Assembly (NCBI GenBank): GCA_016714535.1
Contig: JADKDR010000005.1
Span: forward strand, 358,966 to 422,965
DNA length: 64,000 bases
Direction of reading: 5' to 3'
DNA from: Bacteroidota bacterium
GTDB taxonomy: Bacteria; Bacteroidota; Bacteroidia; AKYH767-A; OLB10
The notes beneath the pieces are model-generated. The model was not told the origin of the DNA. It saw nothing but the letters and a program-made list of their open reading frames with translations, and made no database searches. Positions 48,489-60,835 of this stretch are shown one piece after another (the stretch's first letter is position 1; the number at the start of each line of letters is the position of its first letter). A program made the translations under genes and the position numbers.

Positions 48489-48956
48489 ATGCGTAAGTCG
48501 AAACCAAAGAAAAGATATTTGCTACCGGACCCAAAGTTTAATGATACTTTGGTAACCCGTTTCGTAAACAACCTGATGCTAGGTGGTAAAAAAAGTACTG
48601 CCTACAATATTTTTTATGATGCAGTAACCAAGGTGGCAGATCGTACCAAAGAAGATGGATTGGCTCAATTTAAACAAGCACTTAACAATGTTATGCCTCA
48701 GGTAGAGGTAAAAAGTCGTAGGGTTGGTGGGGCAACATTCCAAATTCCATCTGAAGTTCGCCCTGATCGCAAAATATCAGTAGGTATTAAATGGATGATA
48801 TTATATGCGCGCAAGCGTAATGAAAAAACAATGGCCGATCGTCTTGCAGGTGAAATTATTGCCGCAGCAAAAGGTGAAGGTGCATCTGTTAAAAAGAAAG
48901 ACGATACACACAGAATGGCCGAAGCAAACAAGGCATTTTCGCATTTTAAGGTTTAA
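48489..48956 (+). CDS. rpsG: 30S ribosomal protein S7
   Basis: 155 aa. Matches the S7 family (…KFVNNLMLGGKKS…). Confidence 0.95.
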   Translation: MRKSKPKKRYLLPDPKFNDTLVTRFVNNLMLGGKKSTAYNIFYDAVTKVADRTKEDGLAQFKQALNNVMPQVEVKSRRVGGATFQIPSEVRPDRKISVGIKWMILYARKRNEKTMADRLAGEIIAAAKGEGASVKKKDDTHRMAEANKAFSHFKV

Positions 48957-48988
48957 TAATATTGGAAATAGATAAATAATCAATTCAC

Positions 48989-51127
48989 ATGGCTACGGAT
49001 TTAAGGTTTACAAGAAATATTGGTATCTCAGCACATATTGATGCTGGTAAAACAACTACAACTGAGCGTATATTATATTATACAGGCAAAAACCATAAAA
49101 TAGGTGAGGTGCATGATGGTGCCGCCACTATGGATTGGATGGTACAGGAGCAGGAAAGAGGTATCACCATTACTTCGGCTGCTACAACAACGTTTTGGAA
49201 TTATCCTACCGATAATGGCAAGAATACAGCTGCTACCAAGACCTATAAAATGAACATCATTGATACACCAGGCCACGTAGATTTCACGGTAGAGGTTGAA
49301 CGTTCATTGCGTGTATTGGATGGTGCTGTAGCTTTGTTTTGCGCTGTTGGTGGTGTTGAGCCACAATCTGAAACCGTTTGGCGTCAGATGAATAAATATA
49401 ATGTGCCTCGTATTGGTTTTGTTAATAAAATGGACCGTGCAGGAGCTGATTTCTTTAGTGTAGTAAGTCAAGTAAAAGAAAGACTTGCCGGCAATCCTAT
49501 TCCATTGCAAGTTCCAATAGGAGCTGAAGAAACTTTTAAAGGAGTAGTAGATTTAATTAGCAATAAGGCAATTGTATGGGATGAAGCTGGTCAAGGTGCT
49601 ACCTTTACAGAAATTCCAATTCCGGATGATTTGAAAGAAGATGTTACATTATGGCGTGGAAAATTGGTTGAGTCAGTTGCAGAGTTTGATGATCATTTAA
49701 TGGAGAAGTTCTTCGACAATCCAGATTCAATCACTGTAGAGGAAATGATGGGAGCAATACGTAAAGCCGTTATCGCAATGAAGATAACACCTATGATGTG
49801 TGGTTCTTCATTTAAAAATAAGGGTGTTCAAACGATGTTGGATGCTGTAATGGCATATCTGCCAAGCCCAATGGATATTGCAGCGGTAGAAGGCATAAAC
49901 CCCGATACTGGCGAAACAGTGCTGCGCAATCCGACCGTTACTGATAAATTTTCAGCTTTAGCATTTAAAATTGCTACTGACCCGTTTGTGGGTCGTTTAG
50001 CGTTTATCCGTGCATATAGCGGAAAACTTGATTCAGGTTCATACGTGCTTAATACCCGTAGTGGTAACAAAGAGCGTATTTCTCGGCTTTTTCAAATGCA
50101 TGCTAACAAACAGAATCAAATACCAGAATTAGAAGCGGGTGACATAGGTGCAGCAGTTGGGTTTAAAGATATCCGTACCGGAGATACTTTATGTGCGGAA
50201 GATGCACCAGTAATATTAGAAGCTATGTCTTTCCCGGAGCCAGTTATTGGACTAGCAATTGAGCCTAAGACTCAAACCGATATGGATAAATTAGGAATGT
50301 CGCTTGCTAAGCTTGCTGAGGAAGATCCTACATTCCGTGTTCATACCGACCACGAAACAGGACAAACCGTAATTAGTGGAATGGGAGAGTTACACTTAGA
50401 AATTATTGTTGATCGTCTTAAGCGTGAATTTAAAGTTGAGTGCAATCAAGGAGCTCCACAAGTGGCATACAAAGAGGCATTAACAGGAAGTTCTACTCAC
50501 CGTGAGGTTTATAAAAAACAAACTGGTGGTCGTGGTAAGTTTGCCGATATACAGTTTGAAATCGGTCCGGCCGAAGAAGGCAAACCAGGTTTAACCTTTG
50601 TTAACGAAGTAACAGGTGGTAATATTCCTCGTGAATTTATTCCTGCCGTTCAAAAGGGATTTGATGCATCAATGGTAAACGGTGCACTTGCCGGATATCC
50701 TTTAGATAGCATGAAAGTTCGTTTGTTTGATGGCTCTTATCATAACGTTGACTCCGATTCACTATCTTTCGAAATATGTGCCAAAGTAGCATTTCGCGAA
50801 GTTTATTCCAAGGCAAGACCAGTATTAATGGAGCCTATCATGAAAATAGAAGTTGTTACACCTGAAGAAAATATGGGGGATGTAATTGGTGACTTAAATA
50901 AGAGAAGAGGTCAATTAGAAGGCATGGATACACGTGCCGGTGCGCAAGTAATAAGGGCTAAAGTTCCATTATCAGAAATGTTTGGTTACGTAACCTCATT
51001 AAGGACTTTATCGTCAGGAAGAGCGTCTTCAACTATGGAGTTCTCTCATTATGCTGAAGCGCCTCGTAATGTTGCCGAAGAGGTAATTTCAAAGGCAAAG
51101 GGCAAGAAATTAGCTAGCGTTGATTAA
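48989..51127 (+). CDS. fusA: Elongation factor G
   Basis: 712 aa. G1 [17 protein letters not shown]. Domain IV/V motifs. Confidence 0.95.
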   Translation: MATDLRFTRNIGISAHIDAGKTTTTERILYYTGKNHKIGEVHDGAATMDWMVQEQERGITITSAATTTFWNYPTDNGKNTAATKTYKMNIIDTPGHVDFTVEVERSLRVLDGAVALFCAVGGVEPQSETVWRQMNKYNVPRIGFVNKMDRAGADFFSVVSQVKERLAGNPIPLQVPIGAEETFKGVVDLISNKAIVWDEAGQGATFTEIPIPDDLKEDVTLWRGKLVESVAEFDDHLMEKFFDNPDSITVEEMMGAIRKAVIAMKITPMMCGSSFKNKGVQTMLDAVMAYLPSPMDIAAVEGINPDTGETVLRNPTVTDKFSALAFKIATDPFVGRLAFIRAYSGKLDSGSYVLNTRSGNKERISRLFQMHANKQNQIPELEAGDIGAAVGFKDIRTGDTLCAEDAPVILEAMSFPEPVIGLAIEPKTQTDMDKLGMSLAKLAEEDPTFRVHTDHETGQTVISGMGELHLEIIVDRLKREFKVECNQGAPQVAYKEALTGSSTHREVYKKQTGGRGKFADIQFEIGPAEEGKPGLTFVNEVTGGNIPREFIPAVQKGFDASMVNGALAGYPLDSMKVRLFDGSYHNVDSDSLSFEICAKVAFREVYSKARPVLMEPIMKIEVVTPEENMGDVIGDLNKRRGQLEGMDTRAGAQVIRAKVPLSEMFGYVTSLRTLSSGRASSTMEFSHYAEAPRNVAEEVISKAKGKKLASVD

Positions 51128-51163
51128 TCAAAAATATAAAATCGTTCTTTAAATATAAAAAAA

Positions 51164-51469
51164 ATGAGTCAAAAGATTCGCATTAAACTTAAGTCATACG
51201 ACTATAATCTAGTTGATAAATCGGCTGAGAAAATCGTAAAAACTGTAAAAAGTACCGGTGCAATGGTAAGCGGACCAATTCCGCTCCCTACCGAGAAGAA
51301 AATTTATACAGTACTACGTTCACCACACGTAAATAAAAAGGCCCGTGAACAATTCCAATTGTGCTCTTATAAGCGATTATTGGATATTCATAGTTCAACT
51401 GCAAAGACAGTTGATGCGTTGATGAAACTAGAATTGCCAAGCGGAGTGGAAGTAGAGATTAAGGTTTGA
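51164..51469 (+). CDS. rpsJ: 30S ribosomal protein S10
   Basis: 101 aa. [13 protein letters not shown]…. Confidence 0.95.
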   Translation: MSQKIRIKLKSYDYNLVDKSAEKIVKTVKSTGAMVSGPIPLPTEKKIYTVLRSPHVNKKAREQFQLCSYKRLLDIHSSTAKTVDALMKLELPSGVEVEIKV

Positions 51470-51603
51470 TGATTGATCTATTGCTTTAATTGTTTAGTAA
51501 TAAAATATTAAAAGGCAATAGATTAACTCTAATTAAATAAAAATAAAATTCGTTCTTATTTAGTGTTGGTTTTAATAATCAACCTCCTAAAAAAATTAAT
51601 ATC

Positions 51604-52221
51604 ATGTCAGGAATAATTGGAAAAAAAGTAGGGATGACCAGCTTTTTTAATGCTGAGGGAAAAAACATCCCATGCACGGTAATAGAAGCCGGGCCATGTG
51701 TAGTAACACAAATTAAAACAGTAGAAAAGGACGGCTATGCAGCAGTGCAAATCGCGTTTGATGAAAAGCGCGAAAAGTCGACTACTGAGTCTATGAAGGG
51801 GCACTTTAAAAAAGCAAGCACCACACCGAAACGCAAGTTAGCAGAGTTTAAGGGCTTCGAAACAAGCTTTAATCTTGGAGATGTAATTAAATGCGATCTA
51901 TTTGCAGATGGTGAATTTTGTGATTGTATTGGTACCTCTAAAGGAAAAGGATTTCAGGGAGTTGTAAAACGCCACGGGTTTAAAGGAGTAGGAATGCAAA
52001 CACACGGACAGCATAATCGATTGCGTGCTCCGGGTTCGTTAGGAGCTTCTTCCTGGCCTTCACGAGTTATGCCTGGTATGCGAATGGCAGGACGTATGGG
52101 CGGAGACCGTGTTAAGTTGCAAAACTTACAAATAGCCAAGGTTTTGGCTGAGCAAAATTTAATTCTAATCAAAGGAGCTATTCCCGGACATAATGGTAGC
52201 TACGTATTAATCGAAAAATAA
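51604..52221 (+). CDS. rplC: 50S ribosomal protein L3
   Basis: 205 aa. …[10 protein letters not shown]…. Confidence 0.95.
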   Translation: MSGIIGKKVGMTSFFNAEGKNIPCTVIEAGPCVVTQIKTVEKDGYAAVQIAFDEKREKSTTESMKGHFKKASTTPKRKLAEFKGFETSFNLGDVIKCDLFADGEFCDCIGTSKGKGFQGVVKRHGFKGVGMQTHGQHNRLRAPGSLGASSWPSRVMPGMRMAGRMGGDRVKLQNLQIAKVLAEQNLILIKGAIPGHNGSYVLIEK

Positions 52222-52223
52222 TC

Positions 52224-52850
52224 ATGCAAGTATCAGTATTAAATATAGCAGGAAGCGATACAGGTCGCACAGTAACATTAAACGATAGTATCTTTAATGT
52301 TGAGCCAAGTGAACATGCAATTTGGCTAGATGTTAAGCAATTTTTAGCAAACCAGCGTCAGGGAACTCATAAGACCAAAGAACGAGCAGAAATTGCCCGT
52401 ACTACCAAGAAATTGAAGCGTCAAAAGGGAACTGGTGGTGCGCGTGCCGGTAGCATGAAATCTCCTCTTTTTAGAGGTGGAGGCCGTGTATTTGGACCGC
52501 AGCCACGCGATTATAGTTTCAAATTAAACAAGAAATTAAAGCAGCTTGCACGCGTTTCTGCTCTAAGCGCAAAAGCAAAGGCCGGAGCGATTACCATAAT
52601 TGAGGATTTTGAATTGAATAATCCTAAGACTAAAGAGTTTACGAATATCATTGCAAAATTAGCCCTTGCAGAAAAAAAATCTTTAGTTGTGTTGGCAGAA
52701 CACAATAAAAATATATATTTGTCCTCCCGAAATTTACAGCGCCACAAAGTCGTAACTGCTTCATCATTAAACACTTACGATATTGTAAACGCTCAAAATT
52801 TGGTAATGAGTGAGAAGAGTTTGCCCCTGTTAGAGCAAATATTGGCTTAA
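52224..52850 (+). CDS. rplD: 50S ribosomal protein L4
   Basis: 208 aa. Position and family similarity. Confidence 0.9.
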   Translation: MQVSVLNIAGSDTGRTVTLNDSIFNVEPSEHAIWLDVKQFLANQRQGTHKTKERAEIARTTKKLKRQKGTGGARAGSMKSPLFRGGGRVFGPQPRDYSFKLNKKLKQLARVSALSAKAKAGAITIIEDFELNNPKTKEFTNIIAKLALAEKKSLVVLAEHNKNIYLSSRNLQRHKVVTASSLNTYDIVNAQNLVMSEKSLPLLEQILA

Positions 52851-52977
52851 AAAAGTTATCAACAGTCGAATTTTAATATAGGTTCGAGCTGTTTCAAATA
52901 GATAAATCAGTCATAGTAATATGATTTTGATTTACAAGTTTTAAAATTTAATAAATATAGGATAATAAAATAAAGAG

Positions 52978-53268
52978 ATGAGTATCCTGATAAAACCAGT
53001 TATCACTGAAAAGTGGACAAAGATTGCTGAAAAGCAACCCCGTTATGCCTTTCTTGTAAATCCTGATGCTAATAAGATCATGATTGCACAGGCAGTAAAA
53101 GAGTTATATGGCGTTACGGTTGAATCCGTTAACACATTTATCCAACGAGGTAAAATGAAGTCACGGTATACCAAGACCGGCTTTTTATCAGGTAAAAGAA
53201 AAAATGTGAAAAAGGCAGTTATTATCCTTAAGAAAGGGGAAAGCATTGATTTCTTCAGTAACATTTAG
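52978..53268 (+). CDS. rplW: 50S ribosomal protein L23
   Basis: 96 aa. …LIKPVITEK…. Confidence 0.9.
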   Translation: MSILIKPVITEKWTKIAEKQPRYAFLVNPDANKIMIAQAVKELYGVTVESVNTFIQRGKMKSRYTKTGFLSGKRKNVKKAVIILKKGESIDFFSNI

Positions 53269-53308
53269 TCTCAACTCTTCATTTAATTAATAAAGACTTT
53301 ATTTTAAG

Positions 53309-54131
53309 ATGGGAATAAGAAAATTGCGTCCGCTCACACCCGGACAGCGCTTTAAGTTGCAGAATGATTATGCTGAAATAACGACCGACAAACCGGAAAA
53401 AGTTTGTTGAGTCATTAAAGCGTAGCGGTGGTAGAAATAATACTGGGAAAATGACAATGCGTTACATTGGTGGTGGACACCGTAAAATGTACCGTATTAT
53501 TGATTTTAAGCGTGATAAATTTGGGATCAGTGGAATAGTAAAGACAGTGGAGTATGATCCAAACCGCAGTTCTTTTATCTCTTTAGTTCATTACAGTGAT
53601 GGAGATAAGAGATATATCATCGCACCTGAAGGGCTTGCAGTTGGTCAAACTGTTGTGTCAGGAGAAAATGCAGCACCTGAAGTTGGTAATTGCCTCCCTT
53701 TGAAAAGCATTCCTTTGGGATCTATGGTTCATAACATTGAATTGCGCCCAGGGCAAGGAGCCAAAATGGCTCGCAGCGCAGGTACTTACGCGCAGTTACT
53801 AGCACGTGACAGAAAGTACGCTGTTTTGAAAATGCCGAGTGGAGAAACAAGATTGGTATTAGCAGCATGCATGGCTTCTATAGGCAAAACTTCAAATCCT
53901 GATCATAATCAGGAAAGCTATGGTAAAGCTGGAAAGACTCGTTGGTATGGACGTAGACCACGTACTCGTGGAGTTGCAATGAACCCTGTTGATCATCCAA
54001 TGGGTGGTGGAGAAGGTCGTGCTTCAGGAGGTCATCCACGTTCACGCAAAGGCTTATTGGCTAAAGGCAAAAAGACAAGAAAGGTAAATCATGTTACCAA
54101 TAAGTTTATCATCGAAAGAAGAAAGAAATAA
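53309..54131 (+). CDS. rplB: 50S ribosomal protein L2, interrupted by an A5 homopolymer frameshift at 53397-53401 (almost certainly an assembly error)
   Basis: N-terminus [31 protein letters not shown] (ATG 53309) runs into a stop. The +1 frame continues …[33 protein letters not shown]… as the 226-aa track ORF. Deleting one A restores a canonical L2. Confidence 0.9.
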
Positions 54132-54156
54132 TAACACGATAAAGAAATAAAAACAA

Positions 54157-54438
54157 ATGAGTCGTTCGTTAAAGAAAGGTCCTTTTATAGATGTGAAGCT
54201 TGAAAAGCGCATCCTAGCCTTAAATGAAAAGGGAAAAAAATCACCCTTGAAAACTTGGGCACGCAGAAGCATGATATCACCGGACTTTGTAGGTCATACC
54301 ATAAATGTGCATGCCGGAAAAACATTTTGGCCTGTTTATGTAACTGAAAATATGGTTGGTCATAAATTAGGAGAGTTTTCACCTACCCGCGTGTTTCGTG
54401 GACATGCAGGTAATAAAGATAAAGGAGGAAAGAAATAA
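54157..54438 (+). CDS. rpsS: 30S ribosomal protein S19
   Basis: [12 protein letters not shown]… S19 signature. Confidence 0.95.
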   Translation: MSRSLKKGPFIDVKLEKRILALNEKGKKSPLKTWARRSMISPDFVGHTINVHAGKTFWPVYVTENMVGHKLGEFSPTRVFRGHAGNKDKGGKK

Positions 54439-54860
54439 TGGGAGCAAGAAAAAGAATAGCAGCCGAAGCTCGTAAGGAGGCTTTAAAAGAAATTAGTTTT
54501 GCACGTTTGACCAGTTGTCCAACATCGCCTCGTAAAATGCGATTAATGGCAGACCTAATTCGTGGTAAAAAGACTGCAGAAGCTTTAAGCATTTTACGTT
54601 TCAGTACTAAGCATGCATCTGAAAGACTAGAAAAAGTACTTGTTTCAGCCATTGCCAACTTCGAGGCTAAAAATCCAGGGCAAAAGGCAGACGATACTTT
54701 TGTAAAGGAAGTATATATTGATAGTGCACGCATTTTAAAACGGATGCGCCCGGCACCTCAGGGACGTGGTTATAAGATACGTAAGCGCTCAAATCATATC
54801 ACGTTAATCATTGATTCAACATCTAAAAATACTGAAACTGCAGAAGTGTCTGCAAACTAA
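54438..54860 (+). CDS. rplV: 50S ribosomal protein L22
   Basis: 140 aa. Position between S19 and S3, and family similarity. Confidence 0.9.
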   Translation: MGARKRIAAEARKEALKEISFARLTSCPTSPRKMRLMADLIRGKKTAEALSILRFSTKHASERLEKVLVSAIANFEAKNPGQKADDTFVKEVYIDSARILKRMRPAPQGRGYKIRKRSNHITLIIDSTSKNTETAEVSAN

Positions 54861-54870
54861 TAAATAAAGA

Positions 54871-55647
54871 ATGGGACAAAAAGCCAATCCGATAGGAAAC
54901 AGATTAGGAATCATACGTGGATGGGACTCCAACTGGTATGGAGGTAATAACTATGCCGATAAATTGGTTGAAGACGAAAAAATTCGTAGCTATCTTAATA
55001 CCCGTTTATCTAAAGGTGGAATTTCGAAAATTGTAATTGAGCGTACCCTGAAATTAATAACCGTAACCATACATACAGCAAAGCCTGGCATGGTGATAGG
55101 TAAAGGTGGAGCAGAAGTAGATAAGTTAAAGGAGGAATTGAAAAAACTAACCAAGAAGGAAGTTCAAATAAATATATTTGAAATTAAGCGACCAGAGTTG
55201 GATGCAAAGTTAGTTGGTGAGTCGGTTGCTAAACAGTTAGAAGGACGTATAAGTTTCCGCAGGGCAGTAAAGGCAGCTATTAGCAGTACCATGCGTGTTG
55301 GAGCCGAAGGAATTAAAATTATGTGTGCAGGCCGTTTAGGCGGAGCCGAAATGGCACGTACCGAGCAGTATAAAGAAGGACGTACTCCATTACATACTTT
55401 TCGTGCAGATATCGATTACGCTGTAAGTGAAGCACAAACATCGTACGGGAAAATCGGAGTTAAGGTTTGGATTTGCAGAGGAGAAGTATATGGTAAGCGT
55501 GATTTGTCACCAAATATTGGAATGACCAATTTGAAAACAAGAGATTCCGGAGAGCGCAATGATCGCAATGATCGTGGAGGCGACCGCAGAGATCGCGGAG
55601 GCGACCGTGGTGGTAGAGGTGGAAGAAGAAAACCGGATAATAATTAA
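54871..55647 (+). CDS. rpsC: 30S ribosomal protein S3 with Arg/Gly/Asp-rich C-terminal tail
   Basis: 258 aa. KH/S3-C motifs. Tail [26 protein letters not shown]. Confidence 0.95.
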   Translation: MGQKANPIGNRLGIIRGWDSNWYGGNNYADKLVEDEKIRSYLNTRLSKGGISKIVIERTLKLITVTIHTAKPGMVIGKGGAEVDKLKEELKKLTKKEVQINIFEIKRPELDAKLVGESVAKQLEGRISFRRAVKAAISSTMRVGAEGIKIMCAGRLGGAEMARTEQYKEGRTPLHTFRADIDYAVSEAQTSYGKIGVKVWICRGEVYGKRDLSPNIGMTNLKTRDSGERNDRNDRGGDRRDRGGDRGGRGGRRKPDNN

Positions 55648-55690
55648 TAAGAATAAAGAATCAGAAGTTTAGAATAAAAAAGAGAGTAAA

Positions 55691-56110
55691 ATGCTTCAGC
55701 CTAAAAAGACAAAATTTAGAAAAACCCATAAGATGAAGTCTAAGGGGAATGCCACTCGAGGTGCTGAAATAGCCTTCGGTTCATTTGCCTTAAAATCAAC
55801 AGAGCGAGCCTGGGTTACAGCACGACAGTTGGAAGCAGCCCGTGTTGCGGTTACCAGGTATATGAAGCGCGAAGGTCAGATTTGGATTCGTGTATTTCCT
55901 GATAAACCAATTACTAAAAAACCTGCCGAGGTTCGTATGGGAAAAGGAAAAGGAGCCCCAGAATATTGGGTTGCCGTAGTTAAGCCCGGAGCTATATTGT
56001 TTGAAGCAGAAGGAGTACCATTAGCAACAGCAAAAGAAGCTTTACGTTTGGCTGCACAAAAACTTCCTGTGATTACAAGATTTATAACAAGGCGTGATTT
56101 TGCTGAGTAG
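55691..56110 (+). CDS. rplP: 50S ribosomal protein L16
   Basis: 139 aa. [11 protein letters not shown]…. Confidence 0.95.
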   Translation: MLQPKKTKFRKTHKMKSKGNATRGAEIAFGSFALKSTERAWVTARQLEAARVAVTRYMKREGQIWIRVFPDKPITKKPAEVRMGKGKGAPEYWVAVVKPGAILFEAEGVPLATAKEALRLAAQKLPVITRFITRRDFAE

Positions 56111-56153
56111 GTTTTGAAAGAATTATTAATGATTGAAAAAAAGAAATCAAGAA

Positions 56154-56351
56154 ATGAAACAAACTATTGTAAATGACTTATCTAACGAAGAGTTAAAGGA
56201 TAAAATCGCTGAAGAGAAAGTTGCTTTGACAAAGCTTAAATTTAGTCACGCAATTTCTCCAATAGAGAATCCAATGAAGATTCAGGCCGCACGTAAAGTT
56301 ATCGCACGCCTGATTACAGAATCAAGAAAAAGACAGTTATCAAATAAATAA
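56154..56351 (+). CDS. rpmC: 50S ribosomal protein L29
   Basis: The start is placed at an internal ATG of the 72-aa track ORF. …[14 protein letters not shown]… is the L29 family. Confidence 0.85.
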   Translation: MKQTIVNDLSNEELKDKIAEEKVALTKLKFSHAISPIENPMKIQAARKVIARLITESRKRQLSNK

Positions 56352-56363
56352 TTAAAAGAGGTA

Positions 56364-56627
56364 ATGGAAGAACTTAAGCGATCATTACGCAAAGAAAAGG
56401 TTGGAGTGGTAACCAGTAACAAAATGGAAAAAACCATTGTTGTTGCTGTTGAACGTAAGGTGAAACATCCCAAGTATGGAAAATTTATCAAGACCACCAA
56501 TAAATTTAAAGCGCATGATGAAAAAAACACTGCAGGGATAGGGGATATAGTGCGCATTATGGAAACCAGACCATTAAGCAAGACTAAAAACTGGAGATTA
56601 GTTGAAATACTGGAAAAAGCTAAATAA
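56364..56627 (+). CDS. rpsQ: 30S ribosomal protein S17
   Basis: 87 aa. …[19 protein letters not shown]…. Confidence 0.95.
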   Translation: MEELKRSLRKEKVGVVTSNKMEKTIVVAVERKVKHPKYGKFIKTTNKFKAHDEKNTAGIGDIVRIMETRPLSKTKNWRLVEILEKAK

Positions 56628-56652
56628 TTAAATAGTAAAATAGCAATATAAT

Positions 56653-57021
56653 ATGATACAGCAGGAGTCGAGATTAACTGTAGCCGATAACAGCGGAGCC
56701 AAAGAGGTACTATGTATTCGTGTATTGGGTGGCACAAGAAAGAGATACGCCCGCCTTGGAGACAAGATTGTTGTTACGGTAAAGCATGCCATACCTTCAG
56801 GAAATGTGAAAAAGGGAACCGTTTCAAAAGCAGTAGTAGTGCGTGTAAAGAAAGAAGTGAGAAGAAACGATGGCTCATACATTCGATTTGATGATAACGC
56901 TGTGGTTTTATTAACTGCAAATGACGAATTGCGTGGTACGCGTATTTTCGGACCCGTAGCCCGCGAATTACGCGAAAAACTATACATGAAAATAGTTTCA
57001 TTAGCTCCTGAGGTTCTTTAA
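56653..57021 (+). CDS. rplN: 50S ribosomal protein L14
   Basis: 122 aa. [17 protein letters not shown]…. Confidence 0.95.
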   Translation: MIQQESRLTVADNSGAKEVLCIRVLGGTRKRYARLGDKIVVTVKHAIPSGNVKKGTVSKAVVVRVKKEVRRNDGSYIRFDDNAVVLLTANDELRGTRIFGPVARELREKLYMKIVSLAPEVL

Positions 57022-57042
57022 TATCAAAATGAATAAGTAAAG

Positions 57043-57390
57043 ATGAATACACAAAATAGACATAAACCTAAATTGAAGCTTCGCAAAGGAGATACGGTTG
57101 TAGTTATTTCAGGCGAATCAAAAGGCCGTCAGGGTAAGATTACGCAAGTTATAGTTGAAAAAAACCGTTGCCTTGTTGAAGGGGTTAACTTAGTGTCGAA
57201 GCATACTAAGCCTAACGCAAAAAATACGCAAGGGGGAATTGTTAAACAAGAGGCAACAATTCATATAAGTAACTTAATGCTTGTGGATAGTAAGTCTGGC
57301 AAAGGAACTCGCGTAGGTCGCAGAATAGAGAACGATAGCATTGTTCGTTTCAATAAAAAATCAGGTGAAACAATAAAAGATTCTAAGTAA
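57043..57390 (+). CDS. rplX: 50S ribosomal protein L24
   Basis: 115 aa. KOW motif …[17 protein letters not shown]…. Confidence 0.9.
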   Translation: MNTQNRHKPKLKLRKGDTVVVISGESKGRQGKITQVIVEKNRCLVEGVNLVSKHTKPNAKNTQGGIVKQEATIHISNLMLVDSKSGKGTRVGRRIENDSIVRFNKKSGETIKDSK

Positions 57391-57392
57391 AA

Positions 57393-57940
57393 ATGGCAAC
57401 GTCTCCAAGATTAAAAGATAAATACAAAAGGAAATTGCTGCTTCCTTAATGAAGAAGTTTAACTACAAAAGCAGCATGCAAGTGCCTAGGTTGGTAAAAA
57501 TTTGCTTAAACCAAGGTGTAGGTGATGCTGTTGGTGATAAAAAATTAATGGATGCAGCGCTTAACGAAATGACCATCATTGCTGGACAAAAGGCAGTACC
57601 TACTAAATCCAAGAAGGACATTTCGAATTTTAAGCTTCGTATAGGTGTAAATATTGGCGCCAGAGTCACTTTAAGGGATAATAATATGTATGAATTCCTT
57701 GATAGGCTGATTGCTGTATCCTTGCCACGGATTCGCGATTTTCGCGGGATAAGTGATAAAGGGTTTGATGGAAGAGGTAATTACACGTTAGGAGTTACTG
57801 AACAAATCATTTTTCCGGAAATTGATATTGATAAAGTAAACAAAATTTCTGGTATGGATATCACCTTTGTTACCACTGCCAATACAGATAATGAAGCCCG
57901 TGAATTATTAACAGAGTTTGGATTCCCATTTAAAAAATAA
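57393..57940 (+). CDS. rplE: 50S ribosomal protein L5, interrupted by a homopolymer frameshift (A4 run 57426-57429; one A appears to be missing)
   Basis: N-terminus [14 protein letters not shown] (ATG 57393) hits a stop. The -1 frame gives …[24 protein letters not shown]…, matching the L5 N-terminus, and continues as the 163-aa track ORF. Confidence 0.9.
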
Positions 57941-57958
57941 CAAAAGGAATAAGCAGAA

Positions 57959-58228
57959 ATGGCAAAAGAATCGATGAAGGCCCGCGAGGTCAAAAGACAA
58001 AAGATGGTAGCAAAATATGCTGCAAAACGTGCAGCTTTAAAAGAAGCGGGTGATTATGCAGCACTAAGTTTACTACCTAAAAATTCTTCAGCAGTGAGAT
58101 TGCACAATCGTTGCAAACTTACAGGACGTCCGAGGGGTTACATGCGTCAGTTTGGAATATCCAGAGTATTGTTCCGTCAAATGGCACTTGATGGTAAAAT
58201 TGCTGGTGTAGTAAAGGCATCTTGGTAA
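57959..58228 (+). CDS. rpsN: 30S ribosomal protein S14
   Basis: 89 aa. [15 protein letters not shown]…. Confidence 0.9.
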   Translation: MAKESMKAREVKRQKMVAKYAAKRAALKEAGDYAALSLLPKNSSAVRLHNRCKLTGRPRGYMRQFGISRVLFRQMALDGKIAGVVKASW

Positions 58229-58259
58229 TTTAATAAGCAAAAGAAAAATATTATTTAAA

Positions 58260-58658
58260 ATGACAGATCCGATTTCAGATTATTTAACCAGGTTACGCAA
58301 TGCGATTAAAGCAAATCATCGTATTGTAGAGGTACCTGCTTCAAATATCAAAAAAGAAATAACAAAAATATTGATGGAGAAGGGCTATATTTCAAACTAT
58401 CGTTTTGAAGATACTGCCAACCATCAGGGAGTTATTAAGGTTGCTTTAAAATACCATCCGGTTACAAAGTTACCTGCCATCCAACACCTTCGCAGGATAA
58501 GCCGTCCAGGCCTTCGCCAATATGCCGGACATGGAAGCGTTCCCCGCGTTCTCAATGGATTAGGCATAGCCATAATGAGCACCTCAAAAGGGGTTATGAC
58601 TGATAAAGAAGCAAAAGCTCAAAAGATAGGTGGCGAAGTACTTTGTTTTGTATATTAA
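58260..58658 (+). CDS. rpsH: 30S ribosomal protein S8
   Basis: 132 aa. MTDPISDYLTRLRNA…. Confidence 0.95.
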   Translation: MTDPISDYLTRLRNAIKANHRIVEVPASNIKKEITKILMEKGYISNYRFEDTANHQGVIKVALKYHPVTKLPAIQHLRRISRPGLRQYAGHGSVPRVLNGLGIAIMSTSKGVMTDKEAKAQKIGGEVLCFVY

Positions 58659-58676
58659 TAATTAAAGAAAATTAAA

Positions 58677-59231
58677 ATGTCACGCGTAGGAAAATTACCC
58701 ATATCAGTACCCACAGGTGTAACCGTTACAGTAAACGGAGATAATGTAGTCGTTAAAGGTCCTAAAGGAACTTCAACACAACAATTAACAGATGGAATAG
58801 GTGCAACGATAAATGATGGCACTCTTGAAGTAACAAGGCCAACCGAGCAAAAGCGCCACAAAGCTTTACACGGTTTGTACAGGGCTTTAATCAATAACAT
58901 GATTAAAGGATGTAACGAGGGCTTTAAAGTTGAGCAAGAACTTGTCGGAGTCGGTTATCGTGCAACTAATACTGGAAATCTTTTGGATTTAGTATTGGGA
59001 TATTCGCATCATGTTATTTTTGATTTGCCTTCGGAAATCAAGGTTTCAACCAGACAAGATCGTGGTGCAAATCCTATCATAACTCTTGAAAGTCATGATA
59101 AACAACTATTAGGAGCGGTTTGTGCAAAAATCCGTTCGCTGCGTACCCCTGAACCTTATAAAGGAAAAGGTATTAAGTTTGTGGGAGAAGCATTACGCAG
59201 AAAAGCAGGTAAATCAGCAGCTAAAAAATAA
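58677..59231 (+). CDS. rplF: 50S ribosomal protein L6
   Basis: 184 aa. MSRVGKLPI…. Confidence 0.95.
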   Translation: MSRVGKLPISVPTGVTVTVNGDNVVVKGPKGTSTQQLTDGIGATINDGTLEVTRPTEQKRHKALHGLYRALINNMIKGCNEGFKVEQELVGVGYRATNTGNLLDLVLGYSHHVIFDLPSEIKVSTRQDRGANPIITLESHDKQLLGAVCAKIRSLRTPEPYKGKGIKFVGEALRRKAGKSAAKK

Positions 59232-59242
59232 TTTTAAATCAC

Positions 59243-59590
59243 ATGCCAACTAAAAAAGTATTAAGAAGAAATAGCATTCGCAAGCGTGTTCGCAAAGTGA
59301 TAATAGGAACTTCACAAACTCCGAGATTATCCGTATTTCGAAGCAATCGCGATATATACGCTCAATTGATAGATGACGCAACTGGAACAACCATTTTGGC
59401 AGCATCTTCAAAAAAAATGAGTGAAAAAACAAATAAAACTGAAAAAGCTTCCAAAGTAGGAACAGAGATAGCATCAAAGGCTGTAGCTGCAGGAATTAAA
59501 ACTGTGGTGTTTGACCGCGGTGGATATTTATATCATGGACGTGTAAAGGCTTTGGCTGATGGTGCACGAATTGGAGGCCTAATTTTCTAA
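59243..59590 (+). CDS. rplR: 50S ribosomal protein L18
   Basis: 115 aa. …[19 protein letters not shown]…. Confidence 0.95.
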   Translation: MPTKKVLRRNSIRKRVRKVIIGTSQTPRLSVFRSNRDIYAQLIDDATGTTILAASSKKMSEKTNKTEKASKVGTEIASKAVAAGIKTVVFDRGGYLYHGRVKALADGARIGGLIF

Positions 59591-59600
59591 AATCGAAACA

Positions 59601-60116
59601 ATGGCAATAAACATAAGAAGAGTAAAATCTAGTGAGATAGAACTAAAGGACCGTCTGGTTGGTGTTAATCGTGTTACCAAAGTTACCAAGGGAGGTAGAG
59701 CTTTTTCCTTTGCAGCAATTATCGTTGTTGGCGATGAAAAAGGGGTAGTAGGTCATGGCCTTGGAAAAGCAAAAGAAGTATCCGATGCGGTAACTAAAGG
59801 TGTAGATGATGCTAAAAAAAATCTAGTGCGTGTAACGGTAAATAAGGGAACGGTTCCTCATGAGCAAGAAGGAAAATTTGGAGGAGCTCGAGTATTCCTT
59901 AAACCTGCCGCCCCCGGAACCGGAGTAATTGCCGGAGGTGCTATGCGTGCAGTTTTAGAGAGTGTAGGAATTACCGATGTATTGGCCAAATCAAAAGGTT
60001 CTTCTAACCCTCACAATGTGGTTAAGGCCACAATTAATGCCTTGGCTCAAATGCGAGATGCGGCTACAGTTGCAAACAATCGTGGCATTGAACTAACCAA
60101 GGTTTTTAACGGTTAA
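59601..60116 (+). CDS. rpsE: 30S ribosomal protein S5
   Basis: 171 aa. …[12 protein letters not shown]…. Confidence 0.95.
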   Translation: MAINIRRVKSSEIELKDRLVGVNRVTKVTKGGRAFSFAAIIVVGDEKGVVGHGLGKAKEVSDAVTKGVDDAKKNLVRVTVNKGTVPHEQEGKFGGARVFLKPAAPGTGVIAGGAMRAVLESVGITDVLAKSKGSSNPHNVVKATINALAQMRDAATVANNRGIELTKVFNG

Positions 60117-60141
60117 TCCAAATAATAAAAAGAAAGTCGAA

Positions 60142-60321
60142 ATGGCAAGAGTAAAAATAACACAAGTAAAAAGCGGAATTGACCGCCCTGAGCGTCAGAA
60201 AAGAAATCTGAAGGCGTTAGGTTTTACTAAAATTGGTCAGTCAATAGAAAAGGAACTTAATGATCAGGTTCAAGGAATGATACGTAAAGTTTCTCATTTA
60301 GTTAGAGTAGAAAACATTTAA
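60142..60321 (+). CDS. rpmD: 50S ribosomal protein L30
   Basis: 59 aa, translated by eye as MARVKITQVKSGIDRPERQKRNLKALGF…. Below the ORF-track cutoff. Confidence 0.85.
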   Translation: MARVKITQVKSGIDRPERQKRNLKALGFTKIGQSIEKELNDQVQGMIRKVSHLVRVENI

Positions 60322-60335
60322 TAATCGAACAATCA

Positions 60336-60794
60336 ATGAATCTGCATAATCTGGCTCCGGCAAAAGGAGCTACCAAAACAAACCGAAGAAATGGACGTGG
60401 TCAGGGATCTGGCGGTGGAGGAACAGCTCGTAGAGGTCACAAAGGGGCACAATCGCGTTCGGGTTACTCTCAAAAAATTGGTTTTGAAGGTGGGCAAATG
60501 CCGCTTCAACGCAGGGTTCCTAAATTTGGCTTCAAAAATATCAACCGTGTTGAATACAAAGCAATCAACCTGGACGCAATACAAGCTTTGGTAGAAAAGA
60601 CTGGCGCTACTGACATAACTCCTCAATTGCTTTTTGAAAGAGGACTAGTTGCTAAGAGAGATTTGGTAAAAATATTGGGTAGGGGCGAAATTAAAGGAGC
60701 TATTAATATAACGGCCCACGCCTTTAGCGCAACTGCAAAAAACGCTATTGAGGCTAAAGGTGGTACCACCGCTTCAATACAAAAAAATAATTAA
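60336..60794 (+). CDS. rplO: 50S ribosomal protein L15
   Basis: 152 aa. MNLHNLAPAKGATK…RRG.GQG. Confidence 0.95.
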   Translation: MNLHNLAPAKGATKTNRRNGRGQGSGGGGTARRGHKGAQSRSGYSQKIGFEGGQMPLQRRVPKFGFKNINRVEYKAINLDAIQALVEKTGATDITPQLLFERGLVAKRDLVKILGRGEIKGAINITAHAFSATAKNAIEAKGGTTASIQKNN

Positions 60795-60835
60795 TCGGAA
60801 ATAGTAAGAGCTATAGCCAACTATCTTAAATAAAT

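Noticed and set aside
53380-53410. Programmed ribosomal frameshift or transcriptional slippage in rplB (and rplE, secY)
   Set aside because: There are four independent homopolymer indels in essential genes, with no shared slippery heptamer or downstream structure. Assembly error is far more parsimonious.
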